Source of the DNA: an uncultured bacterium
Lineage (GTDB): Bacteria > Verrucomicrobiota > Kiritimatiellia > CAIKKV01
Direction of reading: 5' to 3'
Assembly (NCBI GenBank): GCA_938038445.1
Contig: CALHRZ010000017.1
Location: 12,065 to 76,064, forward strand
Length of the DNA stretch: 64,000 nt
Of the stretch, positions 20,139 to 29,317 are shown piece after piece. The position numbers were made by a program, and so were the translations under genes. The stretch's first letter is position 1. Each line of letters opens with the position of its first letter. A model generated the notes under the pieces. That model was not told the DNA's origin. It saw only the letters and a program-made list of their open reading frames with translations, and searched no databases.

Positions 20139-20561
20139 TTAATTCGAAGGCGCCTTTTCTTTCAATGCCACGAAGGATACGCGGTACAGCCCCGCCTTTC
20201 CCGCCGCCTGCATCGCCCGGCGGACGAACTCGTGACGTGTGGACTGGTGGGCCCGAATATGGACCGGCGTATCCTGCCGCCCAGCGATCCGGGCCTGGGT
20301 CAAAACCGTCACCAACCGCGCTTCAGAAAGGCGGTTTCGGGCAATGGAAATCGTACCGTCCTCATGCACCTCCACGTAAACCGTCCGCGGATCCCGTTTC
20401 TCGACGGTAGGCCCATGGGGCGAACGGGCCAGGACAATCGTTTCGTCGAAAGCCTGGCGGTCGAGCTCCACGGTCACTACAAAGAAAATGATGAGTTGGA
20501 AGACGATGTCAATCATCGGCGTCATGTTGACGCCAACCTCTTCGGTGGACCGTTTGGCCAT
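20139..20561 (-). CDS. ExbD/TolR family biopolymer transport protein
   Basis: 140 aa. The N-terminus is MTPMIDIVFQLIIFFVVT. It is a paralog of the adjacent exbD. Confidence 0.8.
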   Translation of the reverse strand: MAKRSTEEVGVNMTPMIDIVFQLIIFFVVTVELDRQAFDETIVLARSPHGPTVEKRDPRTVYVEVHEDGTISIARNRLSEARLVTVLTQARIAGRQDTPVHIRAHQSTRHEFVRRAMQAAGKAGLYRVSFVALKEKAPSN

Positions 20562-20601
20562 GACCGTCTCCCCTTCGGCACCCGATCGGGTGCGTTTTCA
20601 G

Positions 20602-21438
20602 TTACTCCTGAACAACCTCGACGTTCCGCAGCGTCTTGATGAGATCGTTCGTCAGGATCACCATGCTCAAAATGATGTTGTTGGCACGGTTGCGGAAAAA
20701 ATAAAAGAAAGCCACGGCGGGAACCGCCACCGAAAGACCGGCGGCCGTCGTGTAGAGCGCCTGGGAGATGTTCTGCGCAAGGAGCGCCTGCTGGGCGGCA
20801 CCGGCTTGCTGCGTTCCAAGGGTCGCAAACGCATAGATCATTCCTTGCACGGTTCCCAGAAGCCCCAGCATTGGGGCCAGGTTGGAGACAACGGAAAGAT
20901 AGGAAACCTTCTGAAGCAGCCTTTCGCTCTCCAAATCCGCAACCGCATTGATGGATTCCTGAATCACGTCGAATCCTTCTTCCACATTTTCAAACCCGGC
21001 GCGCAGAATGTTGGACAAAACCGTCGGCTCCTCCTTGCAGTACTCCAACGCCTTCCCAAGGTCCCCCTCATTCATCGCAGTCCTGACTTTCTCCAGAAGC
21101 GGAGCCGGCATGATCTTGCTCGGCCGGATTTTGACGAACGAATCGATAATCAGGTAGATGCCGGCCAGTGAAGTGGCGAAAAGGCCGGCCCAGAGGAGAA
21201 TTCCCAACGCGCCGCTCCCGGTCACCACATCCCAGAAGTTTGTGGCGCCTGCTTGCTGCTCTGCCTGCGTTTTGCGGGCGGCCGCCTCTTCCGCCGTCAT
21301 GGTTTCCTGGGCAAACGCCGATCCAGAACCGATGATGATCCAGCCTGCCGCGATGGCCGCCACGGCGGCCCGTTTCCACTGTCTGCTCATGGTGTCGACT
21401 CCTCGTTTCAACCGCTCAAGTCCGATGCTCGCCCGCAA
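20602..21438 (-). CDS. MotA/TolQ/ExbB proton-channel family protein
   Basis: A putative signal-peptide-like N-terminus is followed by three TMs and the conserved ExbB C-terminal region (APMLGLLGTVQGMIYAF...TTAAGLSVAVPAVAFFYFF). An alternative start is at 21390. Confidence 0.8.
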   Translation of the reverse strand: MRASIGLERLKRGVDTMSRQWKRAAVAAIAAGWIIIGSGSAFAQETMTAEEAAARKTQAEQQAGATNFWDVVTGSGALGILLWAGLFATSLAGIYLIIDSFVKIRPSKIMPAPLLEKVRTAMNEGDLGKALEYCKEEPTVLSNILRAGFENVEEGFDVIQESINAVADLESERLLQKVSYLSVVSNLAPMLGLLGTVQGMIYAFATLGTQQAGAAQQALLAQNISQALYTTAAGLSVAVPAVAFFYFFRNRANNIILSMVILTNDLIKTLRNVEVVQE

Positions 21439-21440
21439 CT

Positions 21441-22250
21441 TCAGGATCCCTTTTCCAACCGGGTTTTCGCTCGCACTCCAAACTCAGACTCGGGATATTG
21501 CCCGGCTTGCCGATAAAATTCAAGACTCTGTTCCGGTTTCCCCATCCGCTCCAACGTTTCGCCTGCTCGCCAGGCGGCTTCCGGAACCCATTCACGTACC
21601 TCCCGAAAAAACCGAGCGGTGCGCATAAAATCGAACAAACCCCCTTCGATATCGCCATTCTCAAGGCGTACGCGCCCCCGAATAACCTGGGCCGCAGCGG
21701 CTTCCCGCCGCGTCCCCTTGCGGACCATCTCGTCCAACAACGGATCCAGCCGATCCCGGCGTCCCAACCCCGCCAGCGATCGGGCAAGGCCGACCCTCAT
21801 CGCTTCATCACTCGTCAGATCGGCCGCACCTTCCGACGCCGCATCCAGGTTCCGGATCGCCTCGTCCCAGCGTCCGATCTCGACGTGGCAAAGGCCCATA
21901 TATTTCAACGCCTTTAGATCCCAACCCAAAAAGCGATACTGCTCCACAATTCCCTGAAGCAGACGGATGGCTTCGTCGTATTCCTTCTTCCGCATCCGTT
22001 CCAGCGCCTGACCCATGGCCACAGGTTCGTCCATGATTACCCGGGTCCCTTTCGGGTATTCCAGCCGGGCACCCTCCGGCAGGATGAGTATGATCGTACC
22101 ATCCGCCGCCGCACGAACCTCGCGGCCCTCCACCCGGCGTCCGTCAGGCAACACCACGATAGGATTTCCAGCCCATACCCCTTCCCAGGCTCCCTCCAAA
22201 CCCAAAGCGAACACCGCAAACGCCTGCGCGGCCAACCGTCTCACCCTCAT
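21441..22250 (-). CDS. TPR-repeat protein (secreted)
   Basis: 269 aa. It has an N-terminal signal-like segment and TPR-like helical repeats (EYDEAIRLLQGIVEQY...WDEAIRNL). An ATGA overlap joins it to the upstream TPR gene. Confidence 0.6.
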   Translation of the reverse strand: MRVRRLAAQAFAVFALGLEGAWEGVWAGNPIVVLPDGRRVEGREVRAAADGTIILILPEGARLEYPKGTRVIMDEPVAMGQALERMRKKEYDEAIRLLQGIVEQYRFLGWDLKALKYMGLCHVEIGRWDEAIRNLDAASEGAADLTSDEAMRVGLARSLAGLGRRDRLDPLLDEMVRKGTRREAAAAQVIRGRVRLENGDIEGGLFDFMRTARFFREVREWVPEAAWRAGETLERMGKPEQSLEFYRQAGQYPESEFGVRAKTRLEKGS

Positions 22251-25200
22251 GATCCTGAACCTCCCGTGGTTCGGCGCAGAATAGCTTCACTGCGCCACCG
22301 GCGAACCTCCTCGGCACCCCCCGCGTGGGGAAATTCCGAGGTAAACCGGTTGGCGTTTTCGACCACATCATCCCAACGCCCACCCTCCCGGAAGAGACGA
22401 ACGCTTTCATAAAGCGCCTTTTGGTAAAAGGGGCGAATGACCGGATCATCCGGTTTGCTCAAGAGGACAATCCGCTGGTAGGACGCAAGGGCTCCGTCTC
22501 GATCGCCCTGGGCAAGCTGGAGTTCAGCAAGTTCCGTGGTCGCCCGGGTAATCAACCGCTGATCGGTCGCCCGCAAAAAGACATCGCGCAAGACCTCGGT
22601 CGCCTCCTTAAGGCTTCCGGCGCCACGTAACGCCCGTCCAAGAAGGAAACGCGCTTCAAAGAAAAAGGGCGACCGCGGATACTCTTCGATTAGCCGACGC
22701 AACGCTTCAGCCGCTTCCGCCGGCCGATTGAGCGCCAGACGGGATTGCCCTAGCGCCATAAGGACACGCTGTTCCACATCCCCGCGCCGAACTCCCTCGG
22801 TCAGAGCATCCATCCGCTTGAGGGAAGCCTCAAACGCTCGAGCAGCCGCCTCGTGACGACCGCGATCTTGAAACAGAATTCCCGCTCGAAGAAATTGATC
22901 GGCCGGATAGCGGTCCGCCTCCCGAAGCATTTCCTGCAATACCTCCTCCGCCTTTTCCAACCGCTGAATCTCAATCAGACTCCTCAGCATGGCAAGCCGG
23001 GCGTTCTGACCGGCTTCCGACTGGGGATACTGCGTCGCCAGCTCTTGGTAAACCGCAGCCGCCTCATCCGAACGCCCTTCCACCAGCAGGATTGCGCCCA
23101 TCGTGCTGAGCGCGGTCGGCGCAAGCGTCGATTTCGGATAGGTTTCCACAAACCGGCGAAGATGGGCAATCGCTTCCTTACGGGATGCGGCGCCGGCCTC
23201 TCCCGCCCCCGCCATCAACATCTTGCAATATCCAAGATAGAAAAAGGCTTGCTGGTGGATCTCCTCATTCTTGCGCAACGCCTCAATAGATGTACTAAAC
23301 GCCCCACCTTTGTTATCCAGCCAACCCGTCAACTCCGCGTAATGTTGAAAAGCGTCCGCATAAGCGCCCATCTGGCGGTAGGCATCGGCCAGACAAAGCT
23401 TCGCCTGAGCCTTTTCCGTCCCCGCCTGCGCATCCGCCAGAAAGCGGGAGAACCCCTCGACCGCCCGGGGAAAATCACCCCGTAAATAATAAGCCCACCC
23501 GATCCGGTTGAGGGATTGGAGATAGCGGGGGGTCTTCGTGTACCGCTCGACGAGACGCCGGTAATAGACAACGGCACCCTCGTAATCCTCCACTTTCCAA
23601 CGCTGCTCCCCTAACATGAACAGAATTTCAGCCGCACTCGGATGCTCCGGAAACCCTTCCAGATAGCGCTCGTAGAGAAAGAGATAGAGATCCCGATTGT
23701 TTTGCTCGAAGAAATAACGGCCCACCCGAAGAAAAGCCTGGGCCGCAAGGGGATTGCCTCCAAACCGTTCCGCAAGATACTCCGCCGTGACCCGCAAACT
23801 CAACAGATCGCTCACCCGAGCATAACATTCGAGCAGATTCCCCAGCGCCGCAAGAGGCTCTTCTCCCTCGGGAAAATCATTGAGCCCTTTCAAATACTGC
23901 TCAATTGCTTTTTCGTACTCTTTCCGGCTGAACAAATTGTGCCCCTCGCGAAGCACAACGCGGGCGATTTTCTCCCTGCCCCCTTCCCGCGCCTCGATCG
24001 TAACCTCTTTTCCCGTGAGTTCCTTCACTCGGCTCTTGATGCGATCAATCGCTTCCCCCGCATTTTGACTCCAATCCGTCCCCGGATAACCGGAAAAAAC
24101 CCCGTAATAACGCCGAAGCGCTTCCGCATAATGCGAGAGGGCCAATTCCAGCCGTTTTTCCTCCAAGGCGACGTGATTCCGTCCGCGTTCCATCTCCACA
24201 AAACCCGCAAACTTCTCGCCCGGCAACAGGTCGGGCTGGGGAGAAACCCCATGCTTTTTGTCGAAGGAGTCTGCCGTCTGAATCAGTTTCTGAACCCGTT
24301 CCTTGAGTTTATTCTTCCGGTCCGCGACGGCGGGCGTCCATCCGTCTCCGCTTTCCAACTCCAAAAGGACACGCTCGAATTGGCGAGCGCTTTCGAGAAA
24401 ACGGAGAAATGGTTCCTGCCGCGCCTCGGGGGTTCCAGGCAACGTCACAGTCGTTTTTTCCTTCGCGGCCCGATCCAGGATCGCCGCGTCCCGCTGGGCA
24501 ACACGGGCGATCAGGCTCCAGAGTTCTTCAAATTCACCTGCCGCGCGTTCCAGAAACCGAAGGGCTTCCGCTTCCCGCACCTCACGGGAGGCCGTTAAAA
24601 AATCTCCACGGTCCTTATGAATCCGCCCCAAAAGGCTGAGCGCGCCGGCATAAGGGCTCTCGGAAACCAACCCCGCTTCGGACAGCCGTTCATCCAGTTT
24701 CCGAAGCATCTCCATGTTCTTGTTGAGAAGCGCGATCGCCTTGTCTTCATTCCCCTCCAACAATTCCACATGCGCCAACGCAGCAACGGCTCGGCCGAAC
24801 CAAAGGTCCATGCCTCCCCAAACAACCTCGTCACTGTTCGCCCGCGCCTTGCGAATTAAAGACTCCCGTTCCTTGCCGGCCGGAAGGCCACGGGCCGCTC
24901 GCAGAAGAAGTTCGGCCTGCTCCAATTTGAGTTGCCGAAGAGCGTCCCGATCGTCCGGCCCCAGCAGGGGAAAAATGCGGTCGTACATTCCGGCGGCAGC
25001 AAGGGGATCGTTGGCCATCGCCAACATCTGAGAAAACTTGTATGCGGCATCCCGAAAAAAGCGCCGAACATCTGGATCGGTCGGAACGGCATTCGTGTGC
25101 CGATTGAAGAAATCCGCATAGATCGCGCGGGTCTTTTCACGCTCGCCTGCCATGAAATAGCCGTCCGCGAGCGCAAGAAGGATCGCCTGCGCTTTGGGAC

Positions 25201-25522
25201 TATCCTTGGGAACCGTAGCCAACAACTCCTCGGCCTGACGGAAACGACGCCGTTCAATCATCGCCTCCGCTCGAACCACCGTCGTCCGCTCCCGAAGGGT
25301 CGGATACTCCATCTCAATCCGATCCATGACCCGTTCGGCCAGATCGGGCATCTTAAGTTTGTGGATCAGGCCGGACGCAAACTCAAACTCTCGCTCCAAA
25401 AGAGGGTCGGCGATAGAACTCCCCGCAGGCGCCTGCTGACCATGCAACGGGACCGCCAGAACGATCGCAAGCGAAAGCAGAAGAAGCCCTCTGCGCATTC
25501 TTCCGCCGTTTCCGTTCTGCAT
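22247..25522 (-). CDS. Giant secreted TPR-repeat protein (1091 aa)
   Basis: It has an N-terminal signal peptide (LLLLSLAIVLAVPLHGQQ) and more than 20 TPR-like repeats throughout. It lies first in the module. Confidence 0.65.
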   Translation of the reverse strand: MQNGNGGRMRRGLLLLSLAIVLAVPLHGQQAPAGSSIADPLLEREFEFASGLIHKLKMPDLAERVMDRIEMEYPTLRERTTVVRAEAMIERRRFRQAEELLATVPKDSPKAQAILLALADGYFMAGEREKTRAIYADFFNRHTNAVPTDPDVRRFFRDAAYKFSQMLAMANDPLAAAGMYDRIFPLLGPDDRDALRQLKLEQAELLLRAARGLPAGKERESLIRKARANSDEVVWGGMDLWFGRAVAALAHVELLEGNEDKAIALLNKNMEMLRKLDERLSEAGLVSESPYAGALSLLGRIHKDRGDFLTASREVREAEALRFLERAAGEFEELWSLIARVAQRDAAILDRAAKEKTTVTLPGTPEARQEPFLRFLESARQFERVLLELESGDGWTPAVADRKNKLKERVQKLIQTADSFDKKHGVSPQPDLLPGEKFAGFVEMERGRNHVALEEKRLELALSHYAEALRRYYGVFSGYPGTDWSQNAGEAIDRIKSRVKELTGKEVTIEAREGGREKIARVVLREGHNLFSRKEYEKAIEQYLKGLNDFPEGEEPLAALGNLLECYARVSDLLSLRVTAEYLAERFGGNPLAAQAFLRVGRYFFEQNNRDLYLFLYERYLEGFPEHPSAAEILFMLGEQRWKVEDYEGAVVYYRRLVERYTKTPRYLQSLNRIGWAYYLRGDFPRAVEGFSRFLADAQAGTEKAQAKLCLADAYRQMGAYADAFQHYAELTGWLDNKGGAFSTSIEALRKNEEIHQQAFFYLGYCKMLMAGAGEAGAASRKEAIAHLRRFVETYPKSTLAPTALSTMGAILLVEGRSDEAAAVYQELATQYPQSEAGQNARLAMLRSLIEIQRLEKAEEVLQEMLREADRYPADQFLRAGILFQDRGRHEAAARAFEASLKRMDALTEGVRRGDVEQRVLMALGQSRLALNRPAEAAEALRRLIEEYPRSPFFFEARFLLGRALRGAGSLKEATEVLRDVFLRATDQRLITRATTELAELQLAQGDRDGALASYQRIVLLSKPDDPVIRPFYQKALYESVRLFREGGRWDDVVENANRFTSEFPHAGGAEEVRRWRSEAILRRTTGGSGS

Positions 25523-25583
25523 ATATCCACCCTTTCCTTGCCTTTTTATCCGATCGGCACGATTGTTTCAAGTAAAACCTTGC

Positions 25584-27395
25584 TCATTTCGGAACCTCCC
25601 CGCCGAAATTGATCGCCATATACTGGGTAAAGGCATAATAGATGATGTTCACCCCCAGTTTGTAAGCCTGGCTGGCCACGGACTCGGAAGCGCCGGAATG
25701 GCCCGTCTTCCAGGCATCGTTGATATCCCCCTGGTGGTAGAATACAACCCAGCGCCCCTTGTACTTGACCCCCAGCGCTTCCTTGCCGGAGTGATGCCAA
25801 AGAGGGGGCGCTCCGTTGGGGAAATAAAAGGGATATTGGAAGATCACGTCATCCTTGGAAATCACGACCAGAGGAAGATCGGGAAAGACCCGCCGCAACA
25901 TTGTCCGGAAACTCCGGTCGAAATTCCCTCCCCCATTGTCCGCAAAGAGCATCCCTCCCATTTCCAGGCAATACTCCCGAAGAATGTTGACTTCCGACTG
26001 GGAGAGATTGATGCTCCCGCGCAACCCGCCGGTGATATAGACAAAAGGCGGAGCTCGATTCTTTGGAAAACGCTTCAACTGGTGGATGCGGATGGACTCC
26101 GTGTGAGGCCAGATGTCAAAACCGGTAAATTCCCGAAACTTGAGAAGCATGTTGTAATCGGCGCCAAATCCCATGTCCTGATCCCAGTCTCCCCCGTCGT
26201 ATTCCAGACGAATAAACCGGACCCTTGCCCGCTCCATTCCGTTCGGCCACCCCCCTTTCTTCCCGCCTCCCGCCCCGAGCTTGCCGAGCTGCTGCGCTTC
26301 GTAAGTCTGTTCGGTCTGGCGATCGATCTCTTCCAGCACCTCGCTGTCCTCGATGCGGGGTATATAAAAGGATATGGGCGCATTCAGGTTGATAATGAAC
26401 TTCTTTTCCGGCTTCTTCTGAATCCGCCGGACCTTGATCATCTCGATCATCGGCGTTCCGCTGCCTTGCGGAATCCCATACGGCAGTTCCATGCATCCCC
26501 ACCGAAACGCGATCAGGGGGAGAATAAAAATGAAGAAAAGGTGCAGCAGAGAGGAAAGATAGAGCGATTTCCTAAAGGGAGGATCCTCTCCGTGACGGCG
26601 GAGGTTGTCCCAAAGCCAGTCCGCCCAACCCGGTTGTTCCCCCTTCCGCCCGTACCAAGCGCCCGTCCGACAAAGCCATAGCGCCATGGTAAAAGCCGCC
26701 ACACCAACGATCCACGGCAGCACCCGTATCGTGCCCCAGGTCCAAAGTTCATTGCGTACCGTATTCCCATAAGCATCCGGTTGAAAGCGGCGGAGGAGCG
26801 AAGGAATCACCAGAACCCACCGCCAGATCAGGAGAAAGTAGAAAACCAGGGCAAGGGCAACCCCGCGCAGAAAAACAATCACCCCAGGGCGACGATAAAA
26901 CGACGCCAACGCCGCCAAAGGAAGAAGGACCATCAAAACGCCGGAAAAGACCGCCAGAACCCCATAGAACCCTCCCCAACTTTCCCACGGAAGGGTGTTC
27001 AGTGTCGGAACATCCATGTCCAGCAAATGGGCCAGCGCCGCCACGCCGTAACCGGTCACCCGAGAAGGAAGCCAGGCAACCCCAACGAAAAGAATCCCGA
27101 TCACGCACGGGGGAGTGACCCAACGAAGAGACTCCTCCCCAACCGTTCGACACCACGCCCGAAGACGAAGAAAAATTGGCGAAAAAAACCCTTGCAGCAG
27201 AATCGCGGTCCTAAGAGCGAGCTCACGTATCCTTCCCGCCAACGGACGAACTCGTACGGTCGCGAGAGAGAACAGGGCCATCAGGCCGTCATCCACCCGG
27301 CCTGGAAGACGCACCAAAGTCCGAATCGGACCGATGCGCCCGATTCGGTAGATCCATCTCCGCCCTTCGAACCTCACCCGGCCCCCCTTGATCAA
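25584..27395 (-). CDS. Polytopic membrane protein with C-terminal DUF4159-like domain
   Basis: 603 aa. The N-terminal half has many TMs. The C-terminal ~200 aa (VYITGGLRGSINLSQSEVNILREYCLEMGGMLFADNGGGNFDRSFRTMLRRVFPD...KGRWVVFYHQGDINDAW) resembles DUF4159. The match is from memory and not searched. An ATGA overlap joins it to the upstream gene. Confidence 0.55.
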   Translation of the reverse strand: MIKGGRVRFEGRRWIYRIGRIGPIRTLVRLPGRVDDGLMALFSLATVRVRPLAGRIRELALRTAILLQGFFSPIFLRLRAWCRTVGEESLRWVTPPCVIGILFVGVAWLPSRVTGYGVAALAHLLDMDVPTLNTLPWESWGGFYGVLAVFSGVLMVLLPLAALASFYRRPGVIVFLRGVALALVFYFLLIWRWVLVIPSLLRRFQPDAYGNTVRNELWTWGTIRVLPWIVGVAAFTMALWLCRTGAWYGRKGEQPGWADWLWDNLRRHGEDPPFRKSLYLSSLLHLFFIFILPLIAFRWGCMELPYGIPQGSGTPMIEMIKVRRIQKKPEKKFIINLNAPISFYIPRIEDSEVLEEIDRQTEQTYEAQQLGKLGAGGGKKGGWPNGMERARVRFIRLEYDGGDWDQDMGFGADYNMLLKFREFTGFDIWPHTESIRIHQLKRFPKNRAPPFVYITGGLRGSINLSQSEVNILREYCLEMGGMLFADNGGGNFDRSFRTMLRRVFPDLPLVVISKDDVIFQYPFYFPNGAPPLWHHSGKEALGVKYKGRWVVFYHQGDINDAWKTGHSGASESVASQAYKLGVNIIYYAFTQYMAINFGGEVPK

Positions 27396-28426
27396 AGCTT
27401 GAGTTCAATATCAGTAGGCCGGGGCGTTTCGCCCGGCACGGGAAGCGTCTCCCATTCCTGGGTGGACGAAGGAGCCACCGGCGAAGGCGGGGGAGACGTA
27501 GCCGGGGTCGCGGGAATCGGCGCCGTCACGGTGCCCGTTTCCGCGCCCGCCGAACCCGGCGGCGCTTGGGTGACCGATCCGCCCGTCGCAACCGCAGCTG
27601 TCGGAACTTCCGGTTCAGGTTCTTTCGGCCGGATGCGCCGATACAAATATCCCAAAGAGGTCAATCCGAGAACCACAAGATGTATCGCAACCGCCGCCCG
27701 CAAAAAGCGGGCAAACGAAACCTTGCGAAGATCGGACATGGCCACGTCCGCACGAGCGGCCTCCGATTCCCAGTCGATCTCACCCCCGCGCTTCAGAAGG
27801 TCCCGTTCTATGGCGGCGGCCGACACATTCTCCCCGGCAGGAGCCGACGCCCGTTCCCGGAGTTCTTGCTCGAGGCGAGTGATGACGGCTCGCGCCGCCT
27901 CAAGTTCAGCACGGGACTGCGCCGTCCATTCCAGCCGCTGCCGTTCCATGTCCTCCGCATGCCGGGTCTGAACAGACGCCAATTCCCGTTCCGCGCGCTC
28001 CAGACGCAAACGCGATGTCTCAAGCAAGGTTTCGAGTTCCTTGATGCGCTCGGACAACAAGCGAATTTCAGCCTCTTTCCGATCCAACCGTTCCTTCCAA
28101 ACCCGATCCTCACCTGAAACTGAAGAGGACGACAACGCGGAAACCGGAGGCGGAGCCGGCGCAGGCTCTTTCGTTTCCGGCGACGGTGAAAGGGGCGCGG
28201 CCGCAGATTTCGAAGGCTGCTCGGTCATCGCCGCATCCGCAGGAAATGACTTCACCGGCGCCGAAGGGGCAGGAGCTTCGCCCGACATGCGACCGGCAGG
28301 TTCCGTCTCGGTCGGAACAGGCGTCTTTTTGGCGCACCGGGGACAAAGAATGGTCTTTCCCGCAAAGGTTTTGAGCACTTTGAGGGCCGCCCCGCATCGA
28401 GCACAAGAAAAAGCAATCGTATTCAT
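27392..28426 (-). CDS. Zinc-ribbon / coiled-coil / single-TM / Pro-rich protein (candidate TonB/TolA-like coupling protein)
   Basis: Start is MNTIAFSCARCGAALKV...CPRCAKK (CxxC...CxxC zinc ribbon). A long heptad coiled coil follows (EIRLLSERIKELETLLETSRLRLERAERELASVQ), then one TM (AVAIHLVVLGLTSLGYLY), then a Pro/Thr/Ala-rich C-terminus. The ATG at 28426 is verified, and an ATGA overlap joins it to exbD. Confidence 0.55.
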   Translation of the reverse strand: MNTIAFSCARCGAALKVLKTFAGKTILCPRCAKKTPVPTETEPAGRMSGEAPAPSAPVKSFPADAAMTEQPSKSAAAPLSPSPETKEPAPAPPPVSALSSSSVSGEDRVWKERLDRKEAEIRLLSERIKELETLLETSRLRLERAERELASVQTRHAEDMERQRLEWTAQSRAELEAARAVITRLEQELRERASAPAGENVSAAAIERDLLKRGGEIDWESEAARADVAMSDLRKVSFARFLRAAVAIHLVVLGLTSLGYLYRRIRPKEPEPEVPTAAVATGGSVTQAPPGSAGAETGTVTAPIPATPATSPPPSPVAPSSTQEWETLPVPGETPRPTDIELKL

Positions 28427-28830
28427 TGTCCGGATCCCGTCTTTTCGCCGATCAGAACCAGTTCCGCCTCGGATTGGGCCAGGGCGGCGAGCACCCGACC
28501 GAATTCGCGATACCGCCGATCCCGATCCATTTTCAAATACACCCGCCGGTCCTTCCGGTCGCCAAGTAAGGAGGACACCAGCGGCTCCAGCGCATCCAAC
28601 GCGCATTCTTCACCCTGCACCCACAGCCGGCCTTGTTCGTCCAGAACCACGCTGAGGGGTGCCTGCTCGAGAATCTCGATATCGGGCGATTCGGGCGGCC
28701 GGCTTTTAATATGCGCCTCCTTCATGAAGACCGACGCCAGCACAAAGAAAATGATGAGCTGAAAAGCAATATCGCCGAAGGATGTGAGGGGAAGAAGGGG
28801 TTGGCGGCGCCGTCTGCGGGCAATCTTCAC
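28423..28830 (-). CDS. ExbD/TolR family protein
   Basis: 135 aa. The ExbD-like TM is LTSFGDIAFQLIIFFVLASVF. Confidence 0.75.
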   Translation of the reverse strand: MKIARRRRRQPLLPLTSFGDIAFQLIIFFVLASVFMKEAHIKSRPPESPDIEILEQAPLSVVLDEQGRLWVQGEECALDALEPLVSSLLGDRKDRRVYLKMDRDRRYREFGRVLAALAQSEAELVLIGEKTGSGQ

Positions 28831-29300
28831 GAGCCCTCCTTTCCGCCGCCTCCGGAGGGAGGTGAACCCGATGCCCCCCCGCCTCCCTCTCCGCTTTCGG
28901 CGCTTTCCACAAGGGCCAGGATTCCACCCTCGCGGGCAATCGCGGTCACCACCTTGTAGTAGCGATCGTAATCCACGTCAGGAGCGCACTCTACGATCAA
29001 AACCCGCTCGCTCTCAGAACGTTCCCGCAGCTTCATCTGTTTCAGCGCCTCGCGGAACTCTTCGATCGTAAGGGTTTCCTCCTTGAATTGCAGCGTCTCC
29101 GCCGTCAGAGCAACAGTGGGGTATTCCTCCTCCGGTTTCTGGGACTCCTCCTGCGTGCTGGCCGGGATCATGACGGAAACCCCCATGCTTTTGGAAAAGG
29201 TCGTCGTCAGAATGAAGAAAATGATCAGAAGAAACGCGACGTCGGCAAAGGAGGTGACGTCCACGTCTCGGAATTCACGGGGTTTTCGCGCAATACGCAT
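28827..29300 (-). CDS. ExbD/TolR family protein
   Basis: 157 aa. The TM region is VTSFADVAFLLIIFFILTT, and the C-terminal tail is Gly-rich. Confidence 0.75.
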   Translation of the reverse strand: MRIARKPREFRDVDVTSFADVAFLLIIFFILTTTFSKSMGVSVMIPASTQEESQKPEEEYPTVALTAETLQFKEETLTIEEFREALKQMKLRERSESERVLIVECAPDVDYDRYYKVVTAIAREGGILALVESAESGEGGGGASGSPPSGGGGKEGS

Positions 29301-29317
29301 CGGAAAAGCCAGGAATT

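Noticed and set aside
23642-24598. 318-aa + strand ORF, with similar ones at 19635..20639, 7283..8380, 9235..10086, 25563..26681, 26781..27971, 35526..36665, 44710..45765 and 59811..60833
   Set aside because: All are antisense to well-supported minus-strand genes (the TPR, exbD, hprK, lptB, DUF4159, giant TPR, ABC and ThuA genes). They show compositional bias only.
27392-28426. Calling this protein TonB outright
   Set aside because: There is no recognisable TonB C-terminal domain and no YP/EP repeat spacer, and the N-terminus is a zinc ribbon. It is kept only as a candidate coupling protein.
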